A DNA stretch of 64,000 bases from Chlorokybus atmophyticus. Taxonomy: Eukaryota; Plantae; Mesostigma and Chlorokybus algae. The position numbers and the translations under genes were made by a program. Positions 44,399 to 58,329 of the stretch are shown in pieces (position 1 is the stretch's first letter; each line of letters opens with the position of its first letter). Location: assembly GCA_009103225.1 (NCBI GenBank), contig RHPI01000977.1, forward strand, positions 1 to 64,000. The letters are read 5' to 3'. Under the pieces are notes generated by a model. It saw nothing but the letters and a program-made list of their open reading frames with translations. It searched no databases and was not told where the DNA came from.

Positions 44399-47091
44399 CG
44401 GCCAGCCTAGCGAAACCTACACAAGACCGGGGGACAATATCACATGCCACGCATCCGCCTATACAGAGACTAAAGCAGCACGTGGCTGCACAACGACAAA
44501 TCATGCACATTACTTAACGCTGACTCACCTGCTCGTATGCAGACTGGTAGAATGTGCTACTCCGATGTATGTGAGGGAGTGCCCTGCTGTCAGCAATAGT
44601 AACTGCCAAGGGGTTGTCGCCGCCCCCGCCGTCGACATCCATCACACCCACCCACCCAACGCAATCGCCGCCCACCAGCACCCCGCCGCCCACCAGCACC
44701 ACCCGCCAAGCAATGCCCCCATTCACGACCGATATATCAACGCCAAACAGAAGTCAGCACGCTGATATCCACCAGACGGCGGCAACATTCACATCCGACC
44801 AACAGCGTCAACCGCCGTTTACTTAACAGAACCACACGCACCTTCCACCATGCAACAGCGTTAAACATCGCATGAACATGCGTGGACAACAGCGTTGTGT
44901 CGACCACTCAACACGCTTAGCCGACGCTGATCGATCAGCGCAGACACTAGACAATGCACCGTTAATCACCCGATCAACTACAACCAGGTCAGCGGTGTCA
45001 ATAAACGTTGCAACACCGCCATCCCACGCGTTTCAGCAGACCAACACCAACAGCAGCCGCGCGCACAGCGCTGCCAGGCTTGGCCTAAGCTTTGCCCGGC
45101 GAGAGGCCTCTGGCTTTCTGACTGCTGATGACCTGCGTGCAAAAGAAGATACGCATATGTTGCCGTGTATGCGGCGTGGTTCACAGAGTGCCATGCACCA
45201 TAAGAATTGTCCGGCCAGCCGGACAGCTAATGCCAACCAGCCGCACCACTAAATATGCAAACTCGATAAGCAAGGTTTGCGAATGGTGGCAGCACCTTAG
45301 AAGCTCTCCTAGGTTGCAAGCTACCAAGGGCTCTGAAAACGTTTTTCTGCTGGAGGGATGGCGGTCGCATCAAATTGGAAACAACCATCGAGATGGCAGA
45401 TGGCTCATGTGCAATTTATTTTTAATACTTACAACGTTGCACGACTTGTTATCAAACAACCTATCATCTGTACCGAAAGGATAATAACATGCTTGATATA
45501 TCCATATTGCGGCACCTTACCATTGATGTGCATATGATTACATCCCGGATGTAACTTGGCAACATCTGCATTATAAAAAAGTTTTAGAAACATGTGATTT
45601 GGAATTGTTATTCCGGAGATATAAAGCTGAATTTGATACTCTCATGTAATCATTCTCGTGTTTATGCCAAGTGCAAAAGGCGTGCATCACATCGCCCGCT
45701 ATTACATGCAGGATTGGTATAAAGCAAGCATGTAAGCAACGTTACACTGTATGATGCATGTCTTCATGTCTTCATTATACACGACGATGTGTAAGATGTG
45801 TTGAACTAAGGGATGGAAACATTCGGGATCGATTGCGAAATACTACCTACCTACCGGAAGGTCGAACAGCGAATTGATAAGCCTCAATGCTACCAGGTGT
45901 TGTGACTCATAACTTCTGAGCCGCACATACGTAGGCGATGCTTGCGTCTGGCACGGGGAGCAGCACCCGCGACTATATATAAGTTTGGTCTTGCAGTGGG
46001 AGGCGCGGGCCTCCCTTGCAGTAGTGCTAGCGAGCGAGTTACGCTGCACACTACTCGGCATGCAGTGCAGATACGGGCCGTATCTTACAGGCAGCGGCAC
46101 CCTAAGTTAGGTGCCTAATTAAGCCCACCGCATGCATACGGGTCGACCAGCCAGAACCAAACCGCGTCGAACCACCTGACATGGCTAAGTACCACCCTGC
46201 GTGGCGTGGCCTGGTTGCTTGGCAAGAGGCGGTGGCGGCGGCGATAGCGGCACGTCAAGAGGCTGCTGTTGTGGAGGCGCTTGCTGTGCTGGACGTTATT
46301 TGAACAGAAGGTAGTTGTCCGTATGCTGTGCTGACCGTGGGCGGTGTTGCCTTTAAAGCTGGTCCCGCTTTGGCACGTCTAAGCAGGTATGAGGCAGGCG
46401 TTCAGGCTTTCAACATCAGCATCAATCTGTGACATTCATGTCCAACTTGTGCGCAGTCTTGTACAGTTCGTGGTGTTGACAAACACCGTGTAGTGCCAGT
46501 AGCTTTGCCAAAGCAAACAATTGCAACAACAACAACCTGCATGCATGCACTGCACGGTTACATATCAGCACGCATGCACGATGCGGTGGCTTTTCTATAA
46601 ACACAGTTGTTGTGTGGCATACAGTAAAAAACCAAGGCAACGCGTTCATCCTTTACATGAGCGTGCGCAAAGCACAAGTTGCACCCCATGCAAGCCGTGA
46701 TTATGTGGCACTTCGCACTGCACATGCACTGTGCATGCTCAGCGCTTGGCGTAAAGTTCTCTTTCCTCTCAGCCAGAGGCTCTTTGCATCACGGAGAGGC
46801 TGAAGCAAAGGCAGCAACAGTGGGGACGTAAGCGGAGGGCTGCAGCGTGACGGCGCAGCATTCAGCTGCGTGGAAAGGCAGCACGCCGCAGGGTTTGATT
46901 CCTCAGCTGCAGGTATGCTTCCAAAGCAGTGCTGCTTGAAGTTGTGCTGCGCACATCGTGCCAGCTCAAACACTCACTGCCAGGCTGTGTTTGGACAGAT
47001 CACCCTCGCAGTCTCCATTTGACCCAATGCCGTGCTGAGTTGCTGCTGGCGGTGGCAGGTTGGTTGCGGGGGCGTACTGTGAAGTGGAGTC

Positions 47092-50000
47092 ATGGCTGTG
47101 CATCAAGACAAACAGTACGACGTCTTTCTCTGCCATCGGGGTCCGGACACAAAGAGACACTTCAGCATCTGGTTGAAGTGCGAGCTCGAGAGGCAGAAGC
47201 TGCAGGTGTTTTTTGACGATAGGTCATTGCAAATGGGAAATGATTCGCCTCAAAAGATGGACTCCGCCATGCAGACAGCAACATGCGGTGTTGTGGTGCT
47301 GTCTCCGAGCTTCTTTGCCAGCCAGTGGTGCATGAAAGAGCTCCGCACCTTCTTGGATCGTGGAAATTGTTTGCCAGCCTGTTACGACGTCACCCCTTAC
47401 GACATTAATGCAGAGAACATCAAGAATAAAGCAGGTACGATGCGCCATTGTTTGTAACTGGACTGGCAACCCTGAATCCTCCGGTCCTCAGTCTGACCAT
47501 GGTGCATGCATTTATTTCAGTAGGTACAGTCTGGGAGCAACACGGGGGTCAGCTGTGGACAGAATGCCGTATGACTGAGGCAAACTGGACACGAACAGTT
47601 CAAGATCTTGCAACTGTATGCATGAGTGTGGAGAAGAAATTTGACGATTACGAGGACAGCTACGCCGATGCGATTGTCCGTGATGTTTGCCAGCGGCTCG
47701 GACGACCGTGCACCACAGGGAAGAGAGTCAACATGACGCCATACCGCGACAATACGCGGTTTGTTGGAAGGGACAGGGAGCTGGTAGACCTGGAAATTAT
47801 GTTGAGAGGTGACTGTGGCTGCGTCTGCATCCACGGCATGGGTGGTGCCGGCAAGACGCAGCTGGCATTGAAATATGTGTATAGCCATAAGAGCCAATAC
47901 GACAAGCTGCTATGGATCGATGCCAGCAAAGAGGCGTTGCACAGTAACTTCCTGGGGTTGGCAAAGCCACTGGGCATTGACTTAGGCGCTGAAAAGAAAA
48001 GGTAAGAGCCTCTGGCTTCTTTTGGGCAGATATCCTACTCCCTGCTCTTCATGGTTTGCAGGTGTAGAAGACCAACCTCAGTATGAAACTGATTAACAAT
48101 GTTACACAGGTCGTGGCTCCCAAGTATGTTGCGACCCACTCAGGACAAAGACCGAGACATTGTTGCGGAGATTCGAACAGCATTGGAACAGTTGGAAACC
48201 CCTTGTCTTCTGGTGTTGGACAACGTGGATGATGAGTGGCAGTATCCGGGATACCTACCGAGGGAAGGACCTTGCCATGTCATACTGACTGCTCGTCAGC
48301 GAATGCCTGGCAACTTTCATGTCCTGGAGCTGAAGAATCTTGAAGAGGCGTCTGCGTGTGAGTTGCTGAGATCGGGGCTGTCGCCCGAGACGCCCAATGA
48401 AAAGATCAAAGAGCTGGCTGTGGCTCTAGGGTGCCACGCTTTATCCCTGGCGGTTTCTGCTAGACTGATGTTCAAGGGTCGGCACGGTCCGGAGTGGCTT
48501 CTGACAAAGCTGAGAACAACAGAGGCAGTAGCAGTCTTTGACGGAGTGCCGGACGACCCTGATTTCCAAAGGAAGTTCGCGGTTGACGACTCTGTTTCAT
48601 ACAAGTCTGACTATGATGGTCACAGACAATTGCGAGGCGGAGGTGGCGGAGGTGGCGGATCTGGCCAGAAAGCTTCTATGGTTGGGTGGATGGTTCGCTA
48701 CAGTTCCTATACGTTCAGATCTGTTAAAACATGCCGCGGGCATCTTGTTGGCGAAGGACTATACTGATGGTGATATTGAGGCTGCATCGGGATTGCTTGT
48801 GGAGCACGCACTAGCCGAGCGGTCACGGGACGGAGGTACAGCTTTCCACCCTCTGGTACAGAGCTTTGGCAGATGGGAGGGGAAAAAAGCGGGAGATCAC
48901 GTCGCCAAGGCTGTCGTTATGGCCATTGCCGATGTGGCCAAGGTTAGAGAAGACACGGAACATGTTGCACATGCGGTGTCCATGGCTCTTCCGGATGGTG
49001 ATAACCCCAGCAGTGTCAGGGTTCAACTTGATGAGGACGGCTTGCTCAAGGTCATTGACATTGCACTGCCATTGGCGGAAATATATGCCAATTCCTATCA
49101 GACAGTAGAGGCTTCAAGTATATTGGACAGATGTGAACGCGTGTTGCAGCGGGTTGAACCTCAAGACACGTCGCATTGGTTCCGCCTTTGGTGTTTGCAT
49201 TGTGAGTGCTTCAGACGTGAGGGCAAGTACGTCGAGGCTGAGGCCCTGTACAGACTAGCACTGGCGAGTAGTGAAGCGCGGATGGGGCGGGACCACCTCG
49301 GAACTGCAATGATCTCCAACAACCTGGCAAGCGTGCTGCACAGTTTGGGCAAGTTTGTTGAGGCCGTAGCATTACACAGACGGGCCCTGACAATTGTACA
49401 AGCGGAGCTGGGACCGGATCACCCCTATACTATGTCGGTAATCAGCAATCTGGCATTAGCGCTGGGAGATCAGGGTGATTATCGCCAAGGCGAGGCCCTG
49501 TACAGACAGGCGCTGGCAAGTTGCGAAGCCAGGCTGGGGCATGACCACCTCCAAACCGCATTAATCTGTGGCAATCTGGCACTCATGCTTCCAATCAGGG
49601 TGAGTATGGTCAGGCTGAGGCACTGAATAGACAGGTGCTGATGATCAGAGAAATCAAGCTTGGGCCGGACCACCCTGACACCGCGACGAGTGTCCACAAC
49701 TTGGCATCCGTGTTGCAAATGCAGGGCAAATACCGCGAGGCTGAGGCCCTGCATAGGAGGGCGCTGGTGATCCGCAAGGCGCAGCTGGGGCCAGATCACC
49801 CCAACAGTGTATTGACAATGAACCATGTGGCAAGCGTGCTGCTCAAGTGCAGGGTAAGTACGGAGAGGCCGAGGCATTGAACAGACGTGCATTGGCCATC
49901 CAAGAAGCGAAGCTGGGGCCGGACCACCTTGATATTGCTAAGATGATCCTCAACCTAGCACTCGAGCTGCATAAGCAAGGTCAATATGGCGAGGCCGAAG

Positions 50001-51301
50001 CATTGAACCAACGTGGGCTGGCGATTCAGGAAGCGAAGCTCGGGTTGGACCACCCTGACACTGCGACGGGGATCAGCAATCTGGCACTCGTGCTGCATGA
50101 GCAGGGTCGATATGGCGAGGCCGAGGCCCTGCTCAGACAGGTGCTGGCAATCCGTGATTCAAAGTTGGGGCCGGACCACCGTGACACCGCAGACACCTTC
50201 AATGACTTGGCATTTGTGATGGAGAATCAGGGCAAGTATGGCAAGGCTGAGGTCCTGCACAGGCGCGCACTGGCGAGTTATGAAGCCAAGCTAGGGCCAG
50301 ACCACCCCGCCACCGCGAACTCCTTCAACAACCTGGCAATGTTTCTGCACAAGCAAGGTAAGCTTGGCGAGGCCGAGCCATTGATCAGACGGGCGCTGGC
50401 GATCCGTGAAGCAAAGTTGGGGCCGGACCACCCCGACACCGGGACATCCCTAAACAACCTGGCAATAACAATAACAGAGCAGCACAAGTACAACGAGGCT
50501 GAGGCCGTGCTCAGCCGGGCATTGGCAATTTGGGAAGCAACGCTAGGGCCGGACCACCCCAATACCGCGACAGCTTTTGACAACCTGGCAGTTGTGATGC
50601 GAAGGCAGGGCAAATATGACGAGGCTGTGGCCCTGCACAGACGCGCACTGGCGAGTTATAAAGCCCAGCTAGGGCCAGACCACCTCAACATCGCGTACTC
50701 CCTCAACAACCTGGCAACCGTGCTGCAAGAGCAAGGCAAGCTGGACGAGGCCGAGGCATTGGCTAAGCGGGCGCTGGCGATCCGCGAAGCAAAATTGGGG
50801 CCGGACCACCCCGACATCGGGCAATCCCTCAACAACCTGGCAATGGTGATGCTAGATCAGCACAAGTACGACGAGGCCGAGGCGCTGTTCAGACGGGCGT
50901 TGGCGATATGGGAAACGATACTGGGGCCGGACCACCTCAACACCGTGACAGCTTTCGACAACCTGGCACTGGTGTTGCAAGAGCAAGGCAAGCTTGACAA
51001 GGCCGAGGCCCTGCACATACAGGCGCTGGCGATCCGCGAAGCAAAGTTGGGGCCAGACCACCCTGACACCGGGACATCCCTAAACAACCTAGCAATGGTG
51101 ATGGCAAAGCAGTGCAAGTACGGCGAGGCCGAGGCCGAGGCCCTGTCCAGACGGGCGTTGGCAATTTGGGAGAGACGCTGGGTCCAACACTGTGACAGCT
51201 TTCAACAACCTGGCACTGGTGCTGCGGCGATGACGATGAAGACGATGCCGCCGCCGCTGAAGACCGATCCTATAATAGACAAGGGTGATTGGCGCTCATA
51301 A
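47092..51301 (+). pseudogene. TIR-NB-ARC-TPR (TNP-type) gene with frameshifts
   Basis: TIR motifs YDVFLCHRGPDTK and SQWCMKEL (catalytic Glu present); P-loop GMGGAGKT; Walker B LLVLDNVD; GCHALSL; more than 12 42-aa TPRs (LGPDHPDTA). Introns near 47433-47523 and 48002-48110; frame breaks near 48600, 49620 and 49850. Confidence 0.92.
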
Positions 51302-52069
51302 ATAGTCATATGCTCTGAAACCTGTGCTATTTCATAGTAATTGGAAGTATGGTAAAACATGTGCTCCTTGCCATCTTGTCTGTCACCAAATAATGTATGC
51401 GAACTGGAGAGCGTTTTGAGAGACAAGATGGCGGCAAATTCTACTATTACTACATTGATGTAGTGGTTGTTATTGACAACGTTGTATCAGAATGGCACAA
51501 GGATTCCAACATGCCCCGGTTGGATGTTTCATAAGCCTCATCAGATCAGGTGCTACCACAAGGTTGTTGAACATCTCGGTTTGCTTAGACACTCTGAGTA
51601 GCACTACATAGCCACAAATTACCACCCGACGAGAATCTGCCTGCACGGCCCTGGCCTGCTGGTATAAAGCCCCACTCACCTGTAAGAGCAGGCAGAACAA
51701 CAAACCCCCAAACCACATTGCGCAAATGCACCTTTGCATGGCGGTAACTGGCAGCCACAAGTGCTGGGTCGTGCAGTACTGCGAGCTCACATGCTGCAGT
51801 ATTCGCAGCTACGGAACCGGGTTTCACAATATGTACTACAACTGCTGCAAAGGCATCCGTGCACAGTGTGCACCGACCGATATCCAATGTGCGGTGTGCA
51901 CTGCACACCGCACATTGGCAGCTTGTGCAATGCCGCTCATGCAAAAGAGGCCTCTTTCCCTGAAGCCTTCGTGACAGAGATCTGACTGGACGTGTAGGGC
52001 GCTTGCCGAAGACTTTGGGCCCTTGACGTACAATGACTTACAATACTTCAATTACTTGACAACCTACAA

Positions 52070-53705
52070 CGGGTGGACTGGGAGGGGGATGTCCCAACCT
52101 TTCTGCAATGATTCATTGAAGGCATATACAATTGATTGAGTACCGTGTATCTCATTGTCTAAAAAGGTTATAAGTTACGCTGGCATACTGTACATGCCAA
52201 ATCCGTTGGCACCCATGATCGTGTGCGTGCAACCGCATCCCGGGCTACAACCAGTTGCCGCACAGCTATCCTTAGGTAAGGTTATCCAACATGAATGAAG
52301 CTTCAATGGCTGACTACAGTTGCTGCTGAGGCTATGCGCACTAGCCACTCGCTCTCCTGCAGGCTGGGTACCATACTCGTTCCAAGCTTTATCAAGTGAG
52401 CTCTGCACCTGTTTGTCACCTTTACAAATGCACACTGGGCAATACAGCTCTTGCAGGAGGTATTACCTTCTTGAACGTGGACACTCGCCTGCTGCGCTGT
52501 TGCGCAGGTAATGCTTGAGGTCCTTATGCGTTTCGCAGAAGCGCGAGTATCAATAGCAATGCCGAAGGGTTCAACAGCTACGCGGTAGTTGTTGCCACGC
52601 TGTAGCCATGTGCTTCTCCTTGAAGATAGAACCCAATAGGAAATGATCCGCTGTTATAAACATCTGCCACCCAGTCCCAAAACCCTGCTAGCAAGCGTCG
52701 GGCAACTTCAACTTGCTGGAACTCGTCATTTGCAGGTTGTTATTCCGGAACTCTTTCTGCCAATCTTGAGTCCAAACACAATGAGCATCAGGGTCATTGC
52801 AGGTGCACTGAGCCTGACTCATTTCACTCGTGCATCGCGCGTATAAATGCCACACCAAATGCAGCTCGCAATCAGGGCGGCCAAACAATATAGTGACCAG
52901 CGAAAGAACAAATCTGAGCGCACCTGATACAGCAGCGAAAATGCTGATGGAGTCCGCCATGCTGGTTGCTGCAGATTGTGTATTTCTAGTTGCACCTCTG
53001 CCCAGAGCTGCTCTGTCATCATTGCAATGGTTGGGAGGCTTACTGGCATGCTGCATCATGGTAGCGAGTAAAGTTTTTGTACAATGCTGCGGTGTCAGAC
53101 ATGCAGAATTGAGTAACATCAGCTGCACAGCATCGATCGTAGTAGAGCTTGGTACATGGCAGTTGGTAACAGGACAACAGCAGGTCACCCACTCAACATA
53201 CAAGTAGATGCATGTGTTGAGAAACGCTGCACCCTTCAACATGTATACACACCCACTAGCTTGAAACTCTCAGCGCTACACGCTACCAGTCAACATCCGC
53301 ACAGACAGCTATACGCGCAATTTCTCCAACCACACACGCACAGACGTGTGTACATCCTCACTTTACTGGCTAACATTCACACACACACTTGCACGCAGTC
53401 ACGCATTCTCTGTAGCACACACCCCGCAAGCAAAATCGATCCAACAACCTCTTGCAACTCGACATGCATGTCCGCTCACAATGCCCCTCTTAAACAGGCA
53501 ATGGTCCTGAGGATAAGTCCTAAGAGTGCAGGACAGCTGATTGCGTGCAAGTGTGGGAACAAGAGCAAGCCAGTAGCAGGAGAAGGCGGCGACGTGTGGG
53601 GCCAGCCTGTGCTGCAGCTGTAGCCCGGGGTGGAGGCCGCCAGGCGGCGAGAATGACGCCTACTTCATCGACGGCAAAGGCGACAAGGCTGCCGCCGCGC
53701 CCGCC
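52070..53705 (+). repeat. Dispersed direct duplication, paralog of 15795-17545, containing copy B of the TM-protein pseudogene (minus strand, start 52960)
   Basis: MADSISIFAAVSGALRFVLSLVTILF and QQVEVARRLLAGFWDWVADV match copy A. Confidence 0.85.
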
Positions 53706-55067
53706 CACAAGGACAAGCTGATTATGGTGAGCGCCATAGCATCCTTATCATCACCGGCCGGCAGGGAGGCTGGGGGCGGTGGCGGCGGCGGCAGGAGGCA
53801 AAGGAGGAAGTAGGTTTATGGCTGTAATGTGTGTAGCAACAACTACTGCTACTTCTTGAGTAGCAGACATCAACCTGCCGTCCTCCCATCTCTCTTTCTC
53901 TGTTCCCCTTTTCGCTTTTCTTTTCCCCCTTCCCACTCTTTCTTGCTTTCTCGTGCGCACCCTGGTCTGTCGCTGCCTCTCTTGTATACATCTACGCACA
54001 CACTCTTGGTAAACCACAGCCCTTGTACACGCACACTCATGCGCGCTCTCACACACACAAGCGCACCTGCCTGCATGCGCACGGCATGGCAGACAGTAAA
54101 TTCAAGGCGACTCTCAATGAAACAAATGCAACCCCATACTTCCTCTAGGCGCCCACTGCTTGCGATAAATCCAATCGTCACTGGATACCTTGCTCCCTGT
54201 ACCCACTACCTCCAAAAACTCGCGCCGTTTGTACTCTATGGGAGTCTCTTCTACTCTGCGCAACCAGTACACACTGTGCGTGTATGTGTGCGTGTTATCT
54301 ACATAATCTGTAAACTTTCGTGTACATGGCATGGGTGGCAGGGTACACGTAAATTACGTCACGTGTGCAAGTTGTAGGAGCGGGGTTGTAGCTGCACTGT
54401 GCCAGTGGTAATGTGGGCCTCCCCGCGTGGGACCATTGCTACTGTTGGTGCTGAGCTTGGTGTGGATAGCGGCCACGGGACGGTTGTCACACAGACTTGT
54501 GGAGCTCCTTCCCCTGGGGCTCAGGGATGATGCGAACGGGGTTGTACCACTGTCTTGACAATGGTGTTGAACGTCGTGTTGAAGGTATGGAGAAGTGCGA
54601 GTCAGTGTTTCACACACGCTTACAAGCACACGTGCGGCACTGTTGTGAGAGTCTGCACTTGCTTGCACAGAGAGGGAGTCATCCAAGGTGATGGTGATCT
54701 CCGAGATTGCATGCGTGCACAAGCAAGCACACGCATACATGCGCATGCGCACGCACAGCAGAGCGCGAGAGGGACGGTGCACAGCCTCTTATGTGACAGA
54801 CAGCCTCTCTCACTAAACAGCTACTGCTTACATTTGCGCAAGGGTCGTCTTGTACACGGAATGGTGTGAGAGATGAGGTATAGCGGCGGAGTAGTACTCG
54901 GTAATACTCAGGGGATTCCCCTTCAGTCGCTGTGTGAAACCATTGATAAGACGCCAAGATTGGTGGTGATGTTTTGCCCCTTGTTACACACTGTCTGACA
55001 GCACCGTTGTCTCACAGGCCTCCTCTGCCTGACCTACAGGTAGAAAGGGTGAGCACCCTGTTGTTGC

Positions 55068-55401
55068 TTGGCATGCTTGAAACGACACACGGCCTGCAGG
55101 CTGGTGGCGCTGCCAGAGTTCTTCGGCAAGCTCGCTGTTCTGCAAGAGCTGGACCTTCAGCCAGTGCGACAGTTTGGCGGTGCTGCCAGGATCCTTGATC
55201 AATCTTCCTGCTATGCAAAAGCTGGACCTGAGCCGGTGCGGCAGCTTGGCGGCGCTGGCGGAGTCCTTTGGCGAGCTTACAGCTCTAGAGACGCAGGCTC
55301 GAACAGGGTGCTCCAGCTTGGCGGCTCTGTTGAACCCTCTCCGTAAGTTGGCTCCTGATGTTGTTGCTGTTCTGCTGCAGCAGGAGGAGGAAGAGGAGTA
55401 G
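55068..55401 (+). pseudogene. NLR-type leucine-rich-repeat fragment
   Basis: About three 24-aa repeats across one frameshift: LVALPEFFGKLAVLQELDL / CDSLAVLPGSLINLPAMQKLDLSRC / GSLAALAESFGELTALE...GCSSL. Confidence 0.8.
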
Positions 55402-58329
55402 GAGGAGGACACAACAAGTGTGCTTGAACCTCAGATTCGCCAGTGGACTTGCAGCATTAGCAGGAGCAGAACGGAAGCAAGTACAGCGACTTGGCGTCGG
55501 TGCCAGTATTCGCGCCAATGCCGTTGTCTCACTGTTACGTGCACCAAATGTGTACGCGGGTGAGGCATATTGGCGCTGCCGGTATGGTTCCCTCTAACAT
55601 TATCAGGGTAAGAGCCCGACACACATGCGCGATCTGCACAGCTGCTTTAACTGGCATACACAGACGCACAAGTTCACGCATATGCAGATACATCAACACA
55701 TCTTACAGACTGACTGACATATGTGCTGTACCTGGCACAGCAACCAACTTGCACAAACATGCGTTAACCACGGCAACAATGCAAGCGCGTGCTTACGCAC
55801 ATACGCTCTGCTACAAAGACTGACACGAGAAGCAGAGCTGGGGCTCAACGACTCCAATAACATGATGGCCCTCAACCACTGGCATCGTGCGTATGCAGTG
55901 CAAGTACGGTGAGGCATAGGCCCTCCGGGACAGACATGAGTAGTAGGCGCTTGCATAATCAGTCATAGGCTTTGACGATTGTTCTGTGTCATAGCGCCTG
56001 TAAGTACAGCAGATTCTGTGCCGATTGCCATTTTTGCTGTGACTGTTACAACGATATGGGAAACCTATGAAGAGCGTTATGTCAGGTCGGCGGCCATTGC
56101 AACAATGCAATGTCATATCAAAATATGCTTGAAACTGGTGTAGCATGCATGAGACTGCACAAGGCCTCTGACATGCTCGGGTTGGCTGTGTCGAGAGCAC
56201 TACAGCATGATGGGCAAAGAGTGCAACTTGCTGCGACACTCCGAGCGCGACCACCTAGCCGCGCATTATCAAGGATGGGATCGGCCTGTACAGGTCTGGT
56301 GAACAGATCCCTGCGAAACCCGTGAAATCAGGCAAGGACATCCCCTCGCCGCCCGCTCCACCTTGCTTGCGAACAAGGAGTATAGGCGAGTGTACTTCTG
56401 CTGTGATCAAGTGGACTACAGTTCGACTACAGTTCTGGTTCCAGCAGCACCTCCTCGCCATCAAGGCCCCAGCCTGGCATGAGCAGGGAAGCAACCGTTG
56501 CTTTCGGGCTCCCTCCCGCCCACAGATATTGTGGCACAACACTTGTGGGCGGGAGGGTGACGGAAACCGGTTGAAGGGCGACCCGTATTGCAGTTGTGAG
56601 TAACTCCATGTGGCTAGTGTGAGAAACAGGCTGCATACAGTGTCCGGAGGGATCTGCTGCTGCTCCACTAAGGGAAAAGCCGGAGCAGCTCGCAGCTTAA
56701 AGACAAAGTCAGTGCATCCCTGCAACTTACTGGTCGACAACGACATGGTGGAGCTGATTGACGAAGTCCTTGGCACGAACAATCGCGTGCATTGCAGGCT
56801 CGACTCAGGCAGGTCAAGGTCGTCTTCAGTTTCTGCCCTGGCACAAGACCGACTATCTGTCGCAAAGGACAGGGCAGCCAACCTTACTAAGCAAGGAGAT
56901 CAAACAGCAGGTGGGCATGTGTTACAAGTGGTAGTCACCTGCCCATATGCTTCTTGCTATTGGAGGACACCTTGTGCTATCTGCTGACAATACCCCGGTG
57001 CGCCAGTGCGTAGCACAAGTTTTGGGAATGCAACTGGTTTGCGCGAGGCAGCGCCGAGGCAACCTTAGCGGGAGCTTGGAAATGGCACTCAACCGGAGCT
57101 GCAATGCAGGTGCATGTCCTACTGCCGTAATGCGGCATCTTGAAGGTCGCGAACCACCTTTTCTCGACGCAGCACCTCACCTTTCTTGCGCTTGGTCTTT
57201 GGCAGCTGGGTGTGGCAAAGCTTCAGAAATCTCCTTGCTACTCAACGTATGCATACCTGTTGCATTGCAATACACATACCTTAACACCGACACCATATCC
57301 ACCCCTCTCAATAGCAGCGCGGCGTCTAGCAATCCAGTGCCTTTCTCTCTTCCGCTTGTTCTGCAGTGTACTCACATCACTTACTGCATTCAATGCAACC
57401 ATCTTGACCTAATGCAAAAGTGACGCACTTGCTTTGCCTGGTCGCTGCCTGCAGCCTGTGCACTCGTAGACACAAGCACCTCCTGCCCCTGCGCACAATG
57501 CATACCACCGTCACTGCTATCTTCCTCGCGCGTGCATGCATGCGCGCGTGCGTGTAGCATACCGTCGCTTGCATTGCGTTCCTGTGCTTGTCGACTTGAC
57601 ACGTAACCAATAGCGGCCTTGAACATGCCTCGTTTTTCTGACGGCAAACTCACGGTCAGCTGAGTGTCAAGCAAGATTGGTTGTGCCACGGCATAACAAA
57701 CTCTAATCGTGTTGAAACAGTTACGTAACATAATTAGGAGAATGCGCTACACCCCAACACATGTTATGTGCGTGGTAGTACAGATACAGCTAAGTGGGAG
57801 GACCACAACAACCATCACCTTCAAGTTGCATTCTTCGATTCTCCCACATACAAAGTTACGCTTCTCCCATGTGTCGACTATCAGACAATTGAAATCGGTA
57901 CCTGTTGCACGTTATGTTATGTACAACATGGGACGGATAGCGTACGACAACAGTAGCTATCAACACTTACCTTCACCATGAATGGGTTTGAGATTCCAGC
58001 AATCGCCATGAACCCAATGACGGCATTTGATGCACTGGACAAGGTTTGCGAGGTTGCCTTTACTTTCGCCGCTTGTACCGCTGCTGTCACAGTCGTCGTT
58101 GCCGCCGGGGTTACGTCGTCCTCATTGGATTGGCTGACTGCTTGTGCCATAGCGGCAACCAGCTCGCTAATGGTAGTGGAATTGGACGCCTCAGCTCTTG
58201 TGGTAAATCTTGTTGCTCGGGTGCCTTTGGCAGATGACTTACGAATGGTTGACGCCTGCTAAGGTGCCAATGTAAGTGGTTGTATGTGCTTGCATGCACA
58301 TGTGCACACCTTGTCATTATGAGTGAGTT

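Noticed and set aside
34333-45862. Weak inverted similarity (CCTTACGTAGGTTGGT versus the reverse complement of TACCTACCTACCGGAAGG) as Academ TIRs
   Set aside because: Short, gapped and low-complexity; it cannot define the element ends.
51726-51974. Cys-rich 82-aa ORF as a defensin-like peptide
   Set aside because: No signal peptide or recognisable Cys spacing, and TG-rich DNA inflates the Cys content.
15795-53705. The two 1.7-kb direct repeats as termini of one giant element
   Set aside because: They are strongly diverged, contain a gene remnant, and lack TG...CA ends or a TSD. An old segmental duplication is simpler.
56255-56881. 208-aa minus-strand ORF (also 62872-63270)
   Set aside because: No recognisable motif; cannot be supported as a gene without transcripts or homologs.
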